Of a DNA stretch of 64,000 bases, positions 62,151-64,000 are shown one piece after another. Source of the DNA: a virus; the IMG/VR virus record IMGVR_UViG_3300033144_003384, positions 1 to 64,000 of that record. One strand, 5' to 3'. Both the position numbers and the translations under genes were made by a program. The notes under the pieces are model-generated. The model did not search any database. It was not told the DNA's origin and worked only from the letters and a program-made list of their open reading frames with translations. The first letter of the stretch is position 1. Each line of letters starts with the position of its first letter.

Positions 62151-62806
62151 TCGAAGTCGTCCGTCCAGTCATCTATGTTGACAAACCTGCGAACCTCATC
62201 GAAGCATTCGAGCGTGTGGGGTTCCTTTGGCTCACCGTGGTTTACGCATTCCCCGAGGGCGTGTTGTTTGAGGGGGATACCGTTCATCTGCCGGTAGTGT
62301 TCCCATCCGCCGCAGCGCGACAGCTTCTTTTCGCTGCGGTACTTTGCTATTTGGAGCAGAGCGGTTAGGTGTTCTTGGATGTGTTCAGACCAGAAAGATT
62401 GGGCGAAACATTCGCTGCCGCCGCCCGTGACTGCTGAGAGGCCGAATCTGGCGAACAACACCCAGTCTTTCGATTCGTAGTTGGCGATAGTGTTGATGGC
62501 GTCGTCGGAGAACCACACGTCTCCGTAGGCCACGACGGTTCTGCCATCTCGGCTCCAAAGAGTTTGTGTGTCTAGAAACTTAGAGGCTTCCCTCCATGCC
62601 GAATTTCGCCGTGGGCGAAGGAATCGAGCGCCGTCGACTTTGTATCGTTCGTCGTGTCCAGCAACGATGACCTCGCCGTGTTTGAGGAATTGTCGGACGG
62701 TACGGTCAAGGAGTCGTTCGCCTTCTACTTCGACTAGGTGCTTGGGGGTGTTTCGGAAGTTTTCCCAGCGGGTGCCACCCCCAGCGGCGATGATAATTGT
62801 TCTCAT
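62090..62806 (-). CDS. Sugar-phosphate/choline-phosphate nucleotidyltransferase (LicC-like NTP transferase)
   Basis: IIIAAGGGTRW...PKHLVEV.GE.LL.RT, YGDVWF, DFDYPED. Confidence 0.85.
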   Translation of the reverse strand: MRTIIIAAGGGTRWENFRNTPKHLVEVEGERLLDRTVRQFLKHGEVIVAGHDERYKVDGARFLRPRRNSAWREASKFLDTQTLWSRDGRTVVAYGDVWFSDDAINTIANYESKDWVLFARFGLSAVTGGGSECFAQSFWSEHIQEHLTALLQIAKYRSEKKLSRCGGWEHYRQMNGIPLKQHALGECVNHGEPKEPHTLECFDEVRRFVNIDDWTDDFDYPEDLTRWEGRRAVPVFVT

Positions 62807-63612
62807 AGTGCGAGGTACCTTTGGGCGACGTCAACGACGTTGTTGTTCTCAATAATGTACTCACGAAGCTTCGGACCCAGTGTTGGATCGTACTCCATGA
62901 TCGCCCGTTGCAAATCTTGCTCACTCCAGTTAAGGCCATATCGCCGACCGGAGCAGTTGTTCTTTCGAAACTCCAACATTGACTCCGGTGTAATGATTCC
63001 GTCTGCCCCGTTGTAATCCATTACGATAACGTTTCGCTCCATCGACATGGCCTCATAGCATCCACGCCCCAACGAAATCACGTGACTAGCTCCGTCCAGC
63101 TCTTGAATCAAATGAGGTTGTGAGGTTTGTGAGGCACCGCCGTAGCGTTGATAAGGAAGTTTCAGTCCCTTGATAGCGCGGGCGATTCTGTGCGTTACCC
63201 TTGGCGGATTGTTTGAGAGAACCAACACCTTGGCGGGAGCTGTGGGTATGGGTCGGGTTCTAACGAACAGATTTGTGTCAATTGGGTTTCGTATCACAAC
63301 AGACCCATAACCCTTCGCTGCGAGACTTGCCTGCACTTCTTCAGAAACAGACACGTAAACGATTCCGTGAGACGTGCAGATAAGCCGACCTATGTTTGCC
63401 TTACGAAATTTGATGAGGTTCACTGCGTGATTAATGATTCCAAGGTCGTAGTGCTCTCCGTCATAGTGCGGCATTTCGGGCCACACCTTATTTGGTTTGA
63501 TCGAAAAGACGTGGACTTCATGAGTTTTCGACAGCTCATCAAACATTGTTTTCGTCCAAGTTTCTGATCCGCCCAACCTTTCGAGCGCAATATTTGCTAG
63601 TAGGATTCGCAC
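62803..63612 (-). CDS. Glycosyltransferase (GT-B)
   Basis: MRILLAN.....GGSETW, YVSVSEEV, IRNPID, GRGCYEAM. Confidence 0.85.
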   Translation of the reverse strand: MRILLANIALERLGGSETWTKTMFDELSKTHEVHVFSIKPNKVWPEMPHYDGEHYDLGIINHAVNLIKFRKANIGRLICTSHGIVYVSVSEEVQASLAAKGYGSVVIRNPIDTNLFVRTRPIPTAPAKVLVLSNNPPRVTHRIARAIKGLKLPYQRYGGASQTSQPHLIQELDGASHVISLGRGCYEAMSMERNVIVMDYNGADGIITPESMLEFRKNNCSGRRYGLNWSEQDLQRAIMEYDPTLGPKLREYIIENNNVVDVAQRYLAL

Positions 63613-63622
63613 AGGCACCACC

Positions 63623-64000
63623 ATGAGCTACGTTTACACAGATGAAGAATACCAGAACGATCTTCAAAATCCAGAAATGCCACACCTGGATAGCGCCGAT
63701 CGGTTCAAAGCGTTCTACGAGAAGTTAGCCGAAGGCTCGGCGAAAGACATCCAATATCCGGCAAGTCGCATGAATTGGGTCAAGATCGAACCGGAAGCTT
63801 CCATCATCGAACTCGGATGTCAGTCCGGCTATAACGTCGTTCGCTGGCTACAACAACATCCTTCTTGCACAGTTGTGGCAGTTGACGTATCGGGCAGAAT
63901 GTTGACGAACACGATGGCGCGAGTTAAGGCTGAACTACCGAGCTACATACAAGACAACGTGTCCTACGTTGAGTCGTTTATCGAAGAACTGCCGAAACTT
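63623..64000 (+). CDS. SAM-dependent methyltransferase, paralog of 61458-62150; runs off window and is absent from the ORF track
   Basis: Hand translation MSYVYTDEEYQNDLQNPEMPHL...RMNW...IIELGCQSGYNVV.WL...AVDVS. Confidence 0.88.
   Translation, partial: MSYVYTDEEYQNDLQNPEMPHLDSADRFKAFYEKLAEGSAKDIQYPASRMNWVKIEPEASIIELGCQSGYNVVRWLQQHPSCTVVAVDVSGRMLTNTMARVKAELPSYIQDNVSYVESFIEELPKL

Noticed and set aside
1-64000. Stop-codon reassignment, DGR/retron reverse transcriptase, introns or inteins
   Set aside because: Conserved genes are intact in code 11 at normal lengths, and no RT or splicing motifs were noticed.

Overview
This is a 64-kb segment of a large dsDNA tailed phage with an actinobacterial host. 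Support comes from two WhiB genes, pervasive leaderless genes, an LPXTG protein and amidase/holin lysis genes. No capsid, portal, large terminase or integrase gene is recognisable in the window. Layout: (i) 1-6.3 kb has beta-helix proteins, an HTH protein, a metallophosphoesterase, WhiB and a terS-like gene. (ii) 6.3-39 kb is a dense accessory region of small genes, many with their own TTGACA-17-TAnnnT promoter and terminator, plus MoxR/VWA, DUF932 and a HARP-type SNF2 helicase. (iii) 40-47 kb has primase-helicase, SSB, an LPXTG surface protein and lysis genes. (iv) 48-58 kb has IbrA/IbrB-like genes, ParB, RuvC, HNH, a glycosyltransferase, a Cas4-like exonuclease and Rad52/Sak. (v) 58.6-64 kb is a sugar-modification cluster. 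The most striking signal is non-coding. A boxA-led RNA operon (20652-21051, minus) holds three abutting ACCA-ended RNAs, the last an 80-nt tmRNA reduced to its tRNA-like domain with no tag ORF. Three small RNA candidates with C/U-rich or anti-Shine-Dalgarno single-stranded segments lie at 42.4, 43.9 and 48.9 kb, and a 200-nt rod RNA candidate at 60.2 kb. All folds and protein family calls were made by eye and need Infernal/HMMER confirmation.
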